Counted from the stretch's first letter, positions 26,259-41,420 are shown. The stretch: DNA of 64,000 bases from Bigelowiella natans CCMP2755 (GCA_000320545.1 ADNK01000007.1:62001-126000); one strand, 5' to 3'. Numbers and translations are program-made. The notes: generated by a model not told the origin, from the letters alone.

Positions 26259-26517
26259 CGCCCAGCTAAAAGATAGTGAAGAAGAACAGAAGGAGGAGGC
26301 GCGCTGCCTCAGCTCCCCTCATAGCCCGTGGCGAACACCTGAATGATCTTCGTCGGTCGTCAACATGATTTTTACTGATCGCCTATATTTCCGGAGTGCG
26401 ACAAGGACTCCAGCTTTGTCGCAATAGCAGGACACATTTCAGAGAAAGAAGAATTCGAGTGTCTCCAACATTTGCCTTACGACATAGCGTTGCAGTTGTC
26501 GTTATGATAGAAGTCAA

Positions 26518-28361
26518 ATGCGTCTTGCTGATAAATTAACGAAAAAGAAACTGTCGGTCGGTCTTACACCAGTCAGCAGTAGCTGTTGCTCATCGAACTT
26601 CAAATTTAGCAACGGGTGGGGGCGGAAGAAGAGGCATTACAGAATACCGGACGGTTCTAATGGATTTTGCACATTCCCTCCGGGTAGAGACGAGTCTAAA
26701 CTCCATAAAAATTCAACCCTGCTTGTGTGTGCTACGAAATTCGGCGAGTTGATCGTGGGGGACTTCCTTCCATCGGAACAATTATAGACCCGAACCGTTG
26801 CAAGCACGAAGGGATGTCTCCCCTTTGGTTCGGAGAGGGGATCAGAGGCCAAAGATCTCAGCATCCTTTCTTTTTTTTGAAATCAAACAAATTTTGCCTT
26901 CGGAAAACATAAATTCAATGTCGACGCTGCATATAATTTATTGTCACGATGATGTCGGCGAAGTTGAGATGTGAATTTACACAGACTGATGTATCGCCGA
27001 AGAAACAGAAGTCACCAAAGAGCCCTAAAAGCCCTCAGAGTCCTAAGTTTGCGGAGCTTAAGATTTTCAAAGATGAAGCCAAGCGGCATGCACGAGCCAA
27101 AGATAAACGATTTATCGTTAGCTTGTATAGGGTATTCTGAGCTAGATGCCATTATCACTTCTTGATACTATCCATCACCACATTACAAAATCGATGGTTG
27201 CTTTTCAAAAGTGGACAAATTTCATTGCCACTAATAACTCTTTCAACACTTTTCTGGAACCTGCTGCGCTGACCAGGTGCCACACGGAGAGCAGATGAGG
27301 CCCAAGCGGCATTTGGCATTCAGCCATGAGATCGTAAGCCCAAAGAATGGCACGAGCAAGAAAATTGACTACAAGCTCCAAGGAAATCCTGAGTAATGCC
27401 ATGTGCCAAGATACAAAATTTCTCCTTCACCGGATATCGTGAAAATAAGAGATCCGAACATCCTCAACGAGGCATGTGCAGAATGATTATAATGTCACAT
27501 TTGATGTTGTTAGGTTTTATAGCAAAGAGTCTATGGAGAAGAGGAAGAACCTGTTTAAGAGTAAGCTGATTTTCGGCCAGGTGGAAGAAGGAACGACAAA
27601 TTACAAAAGCAACGATGTGAAAGTGTCGTTATGTTTTTTTGTAGCATTCGAAATTCTACCGAGTTTGGTTGAATTTTTTGTCTTCTCAATACTTGTTACT
27701 TTATGATTCTGTTCTCCGGTGGTAATTATAGTTTCTCTCCAAATCCTTACGCTAACTATGACACATAAAGATTCTGAGCTTCTGGAAAACGCATAAGATG
27801 AAGAGAAATAGCTTGCTTCCGAAGAAGAGTTACTTGCGTGGTCACATGCTAATGGCAAAGGTAAGGGAAATTGTATTTAGCTATAAATATACCAGTAAGA
27901 AAGATGTGTGACATAATTGAGACGACGCTTGGACAATAATTACAAAGGCGTTGGATTCCAACTTCTCCAATTCAAAAGCGCTCATCACTGCTATGCATGA
28001 CTGGAGGTCTTCCCCGAATATTGTGAAATAAATTTAATATCTTCTGTTGTAGTTCATACACCGACATATTCCTCTAGTCCTTTTGTCATTGCTTATCCTG
28101 TCCTCGCTCCCCTCGCTACAGACATGACTGTAGATGCAAAGAGATTGTTTCGAAACACCCTTTCGACAAAAGGAACCTAAAGAAGCTCGTCAAGTAAGAC
28201 CAGTGGCACACCTGCTACTTAAAGCTTTTATTCACATCGTTTGTTCGCTATTCTCCCGTCCCGTTTCTTGACAGAACTGACCCTCTCCTGGAAAAGCAAC
28301 TTAAGATTCAGATTCGAGAGGTTGGATTTCCACACGGATACTGTTGCTTGTCCTTACTAAT

Positions 28362-28405
<44 letters not shown>

Positions 28406-29698
28406 ACTCTCACTCTGTGCGCGGGCGTGCGCTTGTGTGTGTGTGTGTGTGTGTGTGGTTGTTGTTTGTTCCTTACTGCCATGGCGCACATCTTTAGAGG
28501 GATTCGGAAAAGGATATGAGCAAGTCGAATCTCAAGGACACCCAGCAGCTTTCGAAAGGCGGCGTCAGGAAATCATCCTTTACCGAACCAAGTAAGCTAC
28601 ATCAACACGTCCTTCCCCCCACCAATGTGTCTCCTCTTCCTCTATTTTTATTAAACGGTTCATTATAAGGGAAGGATATTGAGCCAGAGGGGCTTAACCT
28701 GTGGCAGTTTCGAAGATCAATGTTCGAGCTGGCCGATAAGTGGACGGGTTAGTACCCCCTATTTTTTTTTTCCCGCTCTGTTTGTATCGTTTTAAAGCCC
28801 AACCTTCCACGAGACGACATATTTTCTGATGACACCTCCTTCCAGCAAATTATGATTCTAAATGCTCTATCTTTCTTAAATATTTTCCCAAAATTTCTAC
28901 GGCAATGCCGTGGTGTTTTACCCGCCCAGATTCTCTTGATGTTAATATATATGTCCGTCTTCCTCAATATCGTCAGAATCGATCGATGAGCTGGTCTACG
29001 CGAGGTTCCTCTTCCGTCTCCATGCACGCATTACGGTTTAAGTCCACCACGACACCATTCATCATCAATGTTAATGCAATAGCCAATATAATTATCATCC
29101 TGCTTGCACGAAACAAATGTACCTGCAGCAGCAGCAGCAGTAGCAATGGTAAGGAAAATGTTAATATTGTTCCGTTGAGCTCATCGATGATTGCGTGTCG
29201 TTTTTGTTAGGTCACGCTAGCAGCTGGACCGCAGAAGAGGACTTGGATGTCTTTGACTGAGGTTCATTTCTCATGAGCGATGTGTAATATTATCTTGTCA
29301 AGTGATGTAACTCACTTCGTAGGTGTCTCCTCTATCAAGGAAAGAAATTATCGAGCCGCTGAAGAAAGTGATAAATAGATTGATGGATAGATAGATAGAT
29401 ATAGTAGTAGCAGCATCAGAAGAAGAGGAAGATGATGAAGATAATCTCTCATTCTCGATAATTAATACACCTGTACCTCAATCGTGCAGTGTGCGTGCGT
29501 GCGTGTATGTATGTATGTAATTTGCCCTTAATTATTATAATCACGTGCACAGGTGGAAGAGGATTTGATCTACAAACATGGAAAGAAAGCGGAAGCAACC
29601 TGCAGGAGCAGTAGCAGAAGTCGCAGTAGGCGACGTAGCAAGAAAAGACCGAATACTGCATACAGTGTGTTCTAACACTTGCACGCACGCGCACACTA

Positions 29699-29749
<51 letters not shown>

Positions 29750-29759
29750 TGCCTTTGCC

Positions 29760-29792
<33 letters not shown>

Positions 29793-31451
29793 ATGCATAC
29801 ATCGATAACAATACCTATTACTCTTATTCATACGAAGCTTGTGGACACATTGCAGAAAGGAAGAAAATCGTTGTGCGTTCAAGGTCGGTTCCAAACAAAG
29901 GGAACTGTAGCAGCATCTCCAAGCTGAAGAGCATCTTTCAAGAGCTAGAGAAATCGGACAACATGGTTCCACTTGCTTTTCTGCCGAAATCTGTAGTTCG
30001 TTGACCGGTGTCAAAACTCTGAATTATTAATGCTCCCGTGGTTTCTCTCCGGACTATCTTTACCCCTCCCTCCTTCTCATTAGAAACTGACAGAGGCAAA
30101 AAAGATGATGGTTCTGGACATTGTCAGAGATATCTCTGAGAACGACGATGTAGATGCTATTTTGGACCCGGTAGTATATATGTATACATGTATGTATGTA
30201 TGTATGTATAAGGTATGTGTGTGTGTGTGTGTGTATGTGTATTTGTGTTTGTGTTTGTGTAGGAGGGAGAGAAGGAGAGGGAACTAGATAGGGGAAAATA
30301 TAGATGATGAGGATGTATTCTTCTTCAGTTTACAAAGGAGCAAGCGCTTCACGTTGTCTCTAGGATGGGTTTTGTGGAGGTATTATGTTCTATCTGATGA
30401 GCTTGGGATGACTGATTCTTCTAAAGTAGCATTCCTTTCCGGAATGGCTTGTCGCTGTCTTGCGTTTATTCTCAGGCTGTGGAATTGTTGCTGAGGAAGA
30501 ATGCTAAGGTCGCATACGGCTTGCTCTTACTAAGCAAAAGATGTCCTTTGAGGGAGGACAATGCGAACTAGACAGCTCAAATAATAGAACTTACACAACA
30601 ATATGTATGTATGTATGTATGTATGTATATTTAATGTAGGATTGCTTTTCTAAATGACGAGATGAAACTTTATTACGATGGTGGTGTTGATGGGGGTGAT
30701 GATATATCAGCCTTTGGTGGAGGATGCCAAGGGCCGGACGCCCTTGTATCACGCAGAGGCAGCATTACAATCGGCAAAACGGGTGATAGTTTCGTGGACT
30801 GTGTTCCACCTACCATCAGATCGACCTTATGTTAACAGAATTGCATATTCAGAGTTATGTAGTTAGCAAACCATGCTGTTGTTGTTGTTGTTTTATGTCT
30901 GTGTGTGTATCTGTGTGTGTGTGTGTGTGTGTTTCAAATCTCGGGTCTCTGTGTTCATCAAAAAGGACGAAGATCACCAACTAGAAGCCCAGTACTACCA
31001 AGTAATTCGTCTTCTGGAGCACGCTGCGGAGAAGCGTGATGTACGACAACTAAAAAAGATCGAGAGGAGAGATAGCTCCCTGCGTTCCTAGTGCAGCCAT
31101 CTGCACGAACGCATCGCGTAGAAGAATATACAGCATGCTCTTGTTGACACTTACGGATATGATCACCATTGGGAGAAGGATGATGACGATAGTGATAATA
31201 AGTGTTTAATGAGCAGGTACCAACAAATTCGTCGTCTATGAATAGTCTGCAAAAGATCTTGGACGCTTCTTCAATTTCCGAGGCGCAAACATCAACTTCC
31301 ACATCCATGATAAATTCTCTCATCTCCCGCACTCTGTCCAGCAACACAGACATCGCCCTTAATCCCAGAAACCTGGGTGAGGGAATGATCGGAGTTACCA
31401 CCATCACCACAAGATTGTGTTTAATATTTTGTTGTAAGGAAAAAAAAGAGA

Positions 31452-31493
<42 letters not shown>

Positions 31494-32727
31494 AACAGTG
31501 TACTCTCCATAACACAATCTGAACACTCTAAAACATATACAACAGGGGGCCCCTTGACTTCATCCTTCGGCGGGGCTCAGACAATTCGCAATCGTCACTC
31601 TCGCCCACCGTTAGATCCCTCTTCCTTCGTATCATCATCATCATCATCATCGTCGTCATCATTAGCATCAACATCAGCAACAACAGCGGCAACTCATCGT
31701 ATGCACTTCAAACTGCCTACCTCGCTAAAGGGGAGACGGGTGATAAACACGGAGCGGCGGGCCAAATCTTCTGATCGAATTCTCTATCACACCAACAGCG
31801 ACATATCAGAAACCGGTGCATTGAAAGGGGCGGGAAGGATAACCCGGCCTCACGTATTCACAAGGAAGCATCGAGGTGTTGCATGCGTCGCATAGGGTGG
31901 AAGTCGGATGGTCTTCACTCTTCTTGTTTTGCGTGTGCGTAGAGCGCGTGTGTGTCCATCCGTTTTTCCTCTTCAGTTGTCTCCCTCTCTCTCTCTCTGA
32001 ATGCACACGGACACGTATGAATATGTTGTGTGTGTGTGTAAGTGTGCAGAAGAGAGGCATAGAGGGAAAGTGGGTGGAAGATGTGCGAGTGTTCGTGAAT
32101 TTTTGAGTTTCGCTAGTCCTTCTCTGTTCTTTATCCTCATTTGTGCAATCATTGTTGTCATCCTTCCTCTCCTCACGCTTTGTTTTGTGCAAATACTTGG
32201 ATACTAAACCTAGGTCAATCTGATGGAACGTACTTTGGTGGGATGATGGTTCAACGCCTAAAAAGCAATGATTCCTTGCTGCAACAACAGCCACGAAATG
32301 CTGCTTCTGTCGATCCGCCAAAGAGAAGGGGGAGGTCAAGAGGTGCGCCTCCTTTAAGATCAAAGCTGAGGCCGAGGTAAGATAGTGCTCGCTCAATGGT
32401 TACGATGACCGCATTAACCATTAATGGGTTTATGTGAAACTTCATCATTTTCTCTTGATTAATTCCTTGTCCGTTCGCACGCGTATATTTTTGTGCCATG
32501 TATGTGTGTGTTCACATTGGCTTCATGTCAGTTTCTCGGTGCCTCCTCGATGCAAAAGTAGAGCTCTACCCAAGAGCGATTCTTCCGTGCGCGCTTCCTA
32601 TATTAAAAGTATTACAAGCAAGCACGTTCCCTCTGCGCCACCAGCATTAGCCAAGAGCTCTTGGTCAACTCCATCGAGGAATCTCTCGTTGTCAATCAGC
32701 AACAAGAGTTGGACAAACACAGACTAG
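26518..32727 (+). CDS. Multi-exon protein with SPK repeats, an uncharacterised helical domain, ankyrin repeats and a Ser-rich tail
   Basis: Exons read YLRGHMLMAK|ALDSNFSNSKALITAMHDWR|HD and FRRSMFELADKWT|DSLD; ankyrin EQALHVVSRMGFVE|AVELLLRKNAK|PLVEDAKGRTPLYHA (about 30329-30783); ends at the ORF 32434-32727 stop. Start is 26518 or 26949; some internal exons are unresolved. Confidence 0.7.
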
Positions 32728-33632
32728 GAGTGTGCCAATAGAGAAATAAGCTGAACGACATTTCAAGTAGGCGAGAACAAGCGAGAGCTGGGAATGGTGG
32801 AGTAATGCCAAAATGCTTAGCTCTTAAAATGGTTTTAGTGCATTTCATCAAAGCTCTGCATTGCAGAGAATGATTTAATGAAGGACAATCTTAAGCGACT
32901 CGAGCAAGGCCTAAGCATCCTGCCCATTGTCTAGATTGCTGCGCTCGGTTTGCACCTAAAACAATACATCACGCGCGACTATTGCAAAGCCTTTTATTAT
33001 TATTCTCATTATAATTATTGCGCACACGCACATCATATATGGAAAATAGGATACCTGAAATGCAGCAGTTACACAGCTAGCTAGTTAGGGTGTGGCATAG
33101 CCTGTTTGTCATAGTCATAGCGGCTTGATAGCAGTAAGTTATAGCTGTTTTTCCTTCCACACGTCACCAATGTATTATAATGCCATCTCTAGATGTATAA
33201 GTCTAGATGTGCATCATTACGCTAGTATCGTACGACGGACATATCGACCACTAGTTGCTCCATTCACGAAGTTCGCAGCAATTCCAGTTGTCCCCCACAT
33301 GCAGCACAACGTACGTCACAATAATACTGCAAGAAAATACCCTCTCTAATCTTAGCGATCACATAAAATAGAACGGGATATTATACTTTTAGTCGCAGCC
33401 AGGCCTATATGTGCAAATATGGCATAAACGAACTAGTAGGCTAGCAGCAACGATGTCTATATCTCTTGTGCAGGCTGCATAATTCATTCAATCGCACCAT
33501 GATCTTGATAATTTATTTTAATATAGAGCGACATGGTGAAGCTTTGCAAATAAACACGTGCACCAAAGATTGGCTTTCACTATCGAAATGGCGAATAGGT
33601 CTATGCACCCTGTCCTTTTAATCTAAAGCTTC

Positions 33633-36015
33633 TTAGTCCTCTTTACCTTCTGTCTTCTTACCCTTCTTTTTCAGCATCAAGTTGGGAACATATAGAATTA
33701 CATGGGCTACAGCGATGCACGTGACATTTATGAACAGAAAGAGAATCATTGGAACGATCATGCACGCCAATAACACCATAAGTAACAACCCACAGACGCT
33801 GGGTGGAATACCCAGTATCGTCCTAACTTGCGCATGGTGTGTTCTATCGGTCTTATAAAGCTCGATAATCTCTTTCTCCATCTTGTCATGCAATCGCTTG
33901 CTGACTTCTTCTGGCGACTCTTCTTTTTTCTCATCAAGATTTAAGGGCATTGCCACAACTTCGACGAGTCCTGGTATCCCACCGATCTTTGCGCCCCACG
34001 GCCATACCTGGATCATATTACATGATTCATATGGTGATGACGCAACGCGAATCATTCCATTTTATGCTAACAACGAAGAACGAGAGTTTTCTAGACCACG
34101 CATCAGATAGGTGGAGACAGGCGTGCTCTAGATTGATAATTGGTGGGGGATGCCCTGTTGATTGGATTTACTTACATCCTCGCATCCGCGCGCGACGAGC
34201 GCCACGGCTTTCATCTTGTGCCTCATCGCCATCGCGATGCCTCCGTACCGAAATGGGGCGAGCGATGTCACACGTTCTCCCCTCCGCACCTGAGTATGTT
34301 CAGGATACTTATTGCAACCACTGATTAGGAAAAAGTCGTTGTCATCATCGTGGTCGTCATTTCGTTCGCAAGCAGTGTTTATGGTGAAAAGAGCAGTAGT
34401 GGAAGCTTTAATACTGACACCATGAGCGGTCGACTGCATAACGGCTACCTGGCGGTTTATAGTCCCTTCAGGGTAAATTAGAACTCCTCCCCCATTCTGA
34501 ATATATGTGTCTACATCCTTGCTGACTAATGCTTGCTTCTTCTTGTCGATGCGAAAATCGTCATGTGAGGTAGTGTTCCCCAACGGGTCGGAGATCGTGC
34601 CTGCTCTGTAAGACAGTATTTGTGTATCATGAGAAATCGAAGCAATATACCAAAACAACAATTGAAAATGGAAATATTCAAGCTCATTATGTTCGGCCCC
34701 CTTGGCAAGTTGGATTCAATGGTCGAACAATTAACTGACAGCTTCGAGGCGACGAGGCGACGAGATAACGACGAAAACGAATGCTATTGATAAGGCTTAG
34801 CTTGGATTTGATTTTAGCACCTGCTATTGCTTATGGCGAACACGGAAAAATGGCCCATTAGGCGGCACATTTCACCCCATATCGGTATTTTGAAGAGCGA
34901 CGCCGTCATGAGTGCTCGCATCTCTCCACAATCGGCCTGCGACAAGAGGGCCATCGCCACCAGGGAATCTATGAAGGAGGCGTGATTCATCATGACAACG
35001 GTTGCTGTGCCGGTCGACCCTCCCGCGGCGAGAATAGCCTCTTTGAGAGTCATCGCTTTCTTACTACCGACTGTAGGCTTATAAACAATCCTCATCCATG
35101 GGCACACGCCCAGGACTGTGCGGAACAATAGCCCAGCAATGCACCCGCTGAGCCTATAGGCATCAGCCTTTCTTATCAAAGGAATGGTGTGCACGAGACC
35201 GCATAGCAGCCGCAGAGTTAGCGTCAAAACAAGAACCCACGCTGCAAACCTGGACAAAATTGCGTGAGCAGATTTGCCGCGTGTTTGATGCATGAATGAG
35301 GGCAACAAGATTACCACATCTGGCAGCAAATATCTAGCATCGACGTAGGACGCTTCGTGCCTCTCTCCCTGACTGCCTTGTGAGTCTTCCCCTCGGGAGA
35401 TGGTTCTTGGGTTATATTCGTATTGGCAGTGGGCATTGAGGGGGTGTAGTGGGCAGGGGAAATCAGAGCACCTGAGTGAGGTACCAGGAGGGGATCCTCG
35501 AGAACCTACCGGTATCTGGAGCAACTACTACCATGGGAATACATTGATAACGCAGCTATTCATGGTTGTCGTACATGAGAAAAGCCATATATTTTCAGAA
35601 GTCTATCCTGCGACTGCATTTATCAAAAGCCGCAGGGCAAAAAGGGCATTAGTTCTTATGCATACAACACGATATCTTGTAATCCCGGATACTACCACCT
35701 TCTTCTTCCTTTGTTCCCCGCTACCAAGCCAAGAGGAGCACAGGCATGCATCGAAAAAAAAAACGAGCATCGCTATGCTGCTGCCTCCAAAAACCGTTCC
35801 ACGGTAATTCTGGCACTTGCGACAATGAAATGTTGCTGTCGTACGAAGCTGATTCGTTGCCGTTTTACAACTTGGTAGGTAGTCCTTCCTTGATCGTCAA
35901 ACTTCCCGTCCCTCTCAGCATACTGATCGCAGCGCCGTGGCAGAGGCAATAATTCATCAATAACGCATAGGATCAGCCCAACTAGCACAATGAGTAGTGG
36001 AGAGCTTATGTCCAA
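33633..36015 (-). CDS. PlsC/LPAAT-family acyltransferase; 5' end unresolved
   Basis: Catalytic NHASFID (NHxxxxD), LFKIPIWG, IYPEGT, APFRYG, VWPW, and a C-terminal TM hairpin plus Lys-rich tail. Upstream exons between about 35300 and 36050 are plausible but no ATG was fixed (36015 is a TTG). Confidence 0.82.
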
Positions 36016-36259
36016 GTCACAGGACTCAATGAGGAGGCTAAACGTAAGCCATGAGGGACCGGAGGGCGAGACCGAAGGAGGACGTGAAACACAACAACCT
36101 GATCAAGAACGAAGGATCCCCGGCCCGACACGTCGCCTTCAGACAGTGTCCGCTCGATCAAATACTCTAAAGGCTTTACATGCACATTTGAAGGGGCTAA
36201 AATCGCAAAATAAGGGGCAAAAGGCCCAATTTCTAAGGTTGACAACCTCTCCTATAGGA

Positions 36260-37911
36260 ATGAATGATATCTCATCACAGTAACACAGTGTCCTTGACAC
36301 CTTGTCTGTTTTTCCTGCTTATACTACAACATATTGAACTTGTAATGAAGGGCCGTTCCGATAGGACAGGCGGTGCGCACACTGCGCAACATTGACGACA
36401 ACATGTGGGTCGCCTCTCGGGACGGGAGCATCCACGTTAGAGACAACATCACTGGCGACCTCCATGCCACGATCGCAGCCAGCAAGCATGTAGATTCCAA
36501 GATCCAGCAGAAGTTCTTCGTCAATGCAATTTTGCGCCGGGGGGTGGAGGTTTGGACTGGCAGCTCCGAAGGCTTCCTTCACCACTGGAAAATGGTGAAT
36601 CAGCACGAGGACGGGCCAACTGAATACTCCTTTCAGGGAAAGTCAAGCATCCACGGGGGCGGGGTTCTTTGCGGAGAGATTACGGAGGAGCACTACTGGA
36701 CGGGGGGACAAGATAGCCAAATCGTACAAGATGGCGACTTGAACAAGAAGTTGCTTGGGCACACGGGCTGGGTTCGCTCCATGGTATATGATGCTGACCT
36801 TGAGGAACTTTGGTCATGTGCTGATGATGGAATTCGTATTTGGGAGGTACGAGCCGTATCCAAAGAAACGCATAAAATTGATGATTCTATGGACATGCTT
36901 TGTATTTTTCGTGTGTTAGCTGTAATTTGTGAATGCCTCGTACATGCATCTTAGGTGTAATTTTATTGTATATGATGGACCATCAGACAAACAGATTTCT
37001 CCAAATCCTCCTGTATTCAATATCATCACCGTTGTGATTGTTGTCTTCAGGTTCCTGTGCAAGAGAGCATCTCTGATGTAGTTGCCTTCATACCCAAAAA
37101 GAGCCTAGCTATTAAGCCAGGCGGGTTAGAAAGCAAAAGCGGTATCAGGCCTCCTTCTTCCCCGTCGCATCATCATGCATCGACGTCGGCAGAGGCCTTG
37201 TGCTTAATACGGGTAGGCGAGTACGCCATGTGGTGCGGCTGTAGTGATGGGACAATCGTCGTACTTGATCGACGCACAAAGGCGATTGTGAAGAAGGTCC
37301 ACGCTCACCCCTCAAAGCGACCTGTATCGTGCCTCTCAGTGGTTGGCAGCTCTGTATGGGCGGGAGGGGCACGTGACTGTGTGACAATCTGGGATCCGGC
37401 GGACTGCAAGTCAGCTGGTAAGATCGGTGTGCCGCAGGGCACTGTCACCTGCATTTCCTTCTCAGCCTCTCGCGTGTGGGTTGGCTCTAGGGCGGGCAAG
37501 TGCTATCTCTACCGTATCTTTCGGATAGATGGTTCTCCCCTCCACCTCAGGAGAGAGGCTGCGCGAGCTACAACACGGGCAGCCTCAAGCAGTCCCCACC
37601 CCACATCGCGTCGTTACGTCAAATCGCCACGTCGCCGCGGAAGTTTCAACTCCTCCTCATCTTCTTCTGTACGAAGAAAAAGCACGCGCAGCGCTGCCAA
37701 GTTGCTACCGAAGGGGGTGATGACTAGCAGACGCGGATCGCTGACGGACATGGTCCGCATGCAAGATCCAAACCGAGCAAAGGTGAAATATCGGCACAAG
37801 GAGACTCAAACAGACCCGTGGCAGTGCCCAAACTACACACGCATATTTGAGGATCTGAAGCTGCTGCAGGCCAAGCTCGATAAGAGTCTCGGCAGGGCAA
37901 AGAAGGGTTTG

Positions 37912-37947
<36 letters not shown>

Positions 37948-38524
37948 ATAGTAGTAGTTTATAATTCGTGTTTGCATGCTGCGCGACTCATTTAAGGAGT
38001 GAGAATCGGTGCGATGATGATGATGATGATGATATGATGTTGGAGGTCGTATATGCTGTATCTGATTTGTCTTCGGATTATTTACACATCCCTCTTCACC
38101 CACCCTTCCACCAACAATCTTCCAAGGTGACGAGGCTGTCAAGACCCTAGAGGCCGTCTGCGCCGAGAATTCTAAGCTGAAGCAAACCATCCAGGACAAT
38201 GAACGCCAGATGGACAAGAACGCAATGGAAATTCTAAATCTCGAGGATACGGCAGAGGCGAATGCACGAAAGTTGAAGAGCCTAGAATCCCAACTGCGCG
38301 ATAAGGCTGCAGCCACTAGCATTGAGCATAAGAAGGCTGATATCGAGAAGAAATCCATGAAGGAGAAGCATGCCAAGGCCTTGAAGGACATGGAGGAGCG
38401 TCTTAGGACGGAATGGGAAGAGAGGGAGAGGCAGTACCAGAGAGAGAAAGAAGAGAGTCGTTTGGCTACTGAGCAGGACAAGAAGCAGATTGCTCAAAGG
38501 AACAGGTCGGTAGAATGTCTTACT

Positions 38525-38573
<49 letters not shown>

Positions 38574-39291
38574 TTACGTATATTCTACGTACTACAAAAC
38601 ATGTAATTGCTCGTCACTGCCCCCTTTTCTCGTTGGCAATAAATGTGACTTATAAACAAGAATTATCACGTGCAATCATCATCGTCGTCATCATCATTAT
38701 CTACAGGGACGAGCAGCGTACTATCACAAAGACGATGGAGGAGAAGATGGCGGAGCAGGAAGCAAGGTTTCAGGCCGAGATTGCACGCCTGAGATCCCAG
38801 CTTGATGCACAACGGAAAGAAAAGGAGGAGGAAATAGCACGGATTAATGCGAAGGCCAAGGTCTCTCTCCCCCCGCTTCATATCAGATACATATTTCTGG
38901 TATGTTTTCCTGATTTCTAGAGGGTACAACAATAGGTCGACGCAGAGAAAGCACGTTTGAAGGCAGAAGAGAAGGTGAAGTTAATCAAGGAGCAACAACA
39001 AAAACCACGAGCTGCTGCTTTCCAGTGTACTCCTGAACAAGCAAGACGACTGAGGTGCAGAAGAAGCTCAAATCGTTATCGTTGTTGTTGCTGCTGCTGC
39101 TGCTGTTGTTGCTGCTACTGTTATTGCTGTTGTCTACACCTCGGTTTACATCGTTGTCATCGTCTTTATCATCATCATCATCTTCATCATCATCGCCATC
39201 ATCAGAGTGATCGGGGAGTATGCATCGATTGCGCTGAAAACGGTAGTTCGCGTCTCCTTTGTACATAGTTAGGAACGAGGAGGGGAGAGCT

Positions 39292-39328
<37 letters not shown>

Positions 39329-40856
39329 ATCCTCACCATTCTTCATTTCTATCTATGATTCAGCGCATTGCCTGGTCAGATCCCACTATCGTGTTAAGCT
39401 CGCTCGCACAGGCCAAACTTCTCGCAGCGCTAGTGGAGGATATTAACGGAGATTTCATCGATGGTATTTCATGTGTTGTGCGGCGGGTGTCAATTGTGCG
39501 TGTGCGATGGCTATCTGCATGCATCTGTTTATGTACAACCCATCGTCATTGTACCCCACTTTTCTGCCCACGTACATGATATCAGTGCGAGCTCTGAGCA
39601 AGGTGGTGGACGACGGTACACTACTGAAGGAATTTTGTTCTCCCCCCTCCTCGTCGTCATCCGAGACAAAGGCGGCTATTTATCAGAACGCCACACTCCT
39701 GGTATGCATTCGTTAGACCAACCGACGACGAGTCGAAAGAATGATTACGAAGGACGATGACGATGACAATGTTGATGATGATGATGATGATGATGATGAT
39801 AATGGTGTTGTAATGGTGGTCGTCGTCGTGTTTATAGGTGGAATCTCTGGGAGCTGCTGGCCTTGAAACCCCGGATTTGGATCTTGTAGTAGCAATATAA
39901 GAGCGATGAGAGAATAACAAGCCAGAGGGGTAGCGCAGGGGGCACACCACTGCCTTCCTCTGCTTTTGTGACATAAAGATGCAAATCTATCTAAGCAGTC
40001 TGAGGGGGGGGAATAGAATATGTGGAAATGATCCTGAGAAATGCTTACAGAACAGAAGAACGAGCGCTCTTTCCTCCCCCCTCCCAACCCACTCCATATC
40101 TCTTTTTCTCTTTCCCCCCCTCCCCACTAGGCCCTGATGAGCGAATGCATGGGGAACACGGCGTCGTCGTCCATCGATATGTGGATCGATCTCGGCTGGA
40201 CGGTTTGCTCGCATCATCTCCAAAGATTCCTTAGAAACGACACATCGTATCGTCGCCGGTTCTTCTGGAGCAAGCTTCCAGGAGGATCGGGTCATATGCA
40301 GGTAGTAATAGTACTACTAGTAGTAGCAGTAGCAGTGTTTGCTGCTGCCGCTAGTGGAACTGGGGGTCTTGTCCATCTCCCCCTTCCCCCCCCCCCTTCT
40401 CCCCTCTCCTCCCCTTCCGTTCCTTTATCTTTCCACGGTCGAGGTCAGTACGTGTTAAAATGCATAAAATCACGACGACAACAGACGAGTGAGGCGTTGG
40501 AGACGTGGGTGTGTTGGCGACTATCGCGGCAAGAGGCGCACCCCAGCGATGATGCCAACGGCCATCAAAGCGTAGTGAGGAGTAAGAAGAACAACAACAG
40601 TAACAAGAAGAAGGAGAAGGAAATGGCGCTGTTTGCTGCCACCAAGGATAATTGTGATCTATGGGGGCAAGGTCATTTGATTCTTGATCGAGGAACGTGA
40701 GAGAGTGAATATGATGGAGGGAGGGAGGAGAGGGGGGGGGGGGGATAAAGTAGATCGCAAGTAGTAGTCGTCGGAATGACGACATGATACGATATGAGTT
40801 CTCCTCGTCCACCTCTGCCTTTCAGTTTGTAATATACATTATTTATGGAATTCTCT

Positions 40857-40892
<36 letters not shown>

Positions 40893-41356
40893 TGTACACG
40901 TAACACATTTGCCTATGTATATGCGATCTAAATACGTGCGTGTATTGTAGGTGCCATACAGTGCAAGCTCGCTGCTGCAAACATGGATATGGTATATATT
41001 ATCGATGTGAGTCATGAAGAACACGGTTGGCATGCGTGGTACATCGCTATCACCGAAGGAAAACGACACTGCCTTTCATCTGTGCTTTCTTGGATGTTGT
41101 CATACTAGATGAATGCCCTTCTGTGTGTTTTCTCTGGGTTGTGATAGGACGGAATCGACGTTGTTGTTATTGTTGTTGTTGTTGTCTGGGGAGTGATTTA
41201 TGATTATTGTTATCCTTCTTGTTGTTCTTGTTGTTGTTCGTTTTCGATTGCGTTGGTAGGACGAAGATCAGCTTGGCCTCCTATTGAGCGAGGAGAAGGT
41301 GAGAAAGGAAAGAGCAGCAGCCTGTCACCGCGATTGAATGCACGTGTCGTCAAGAT

Positions 41357-41420
<64 letters not shown>

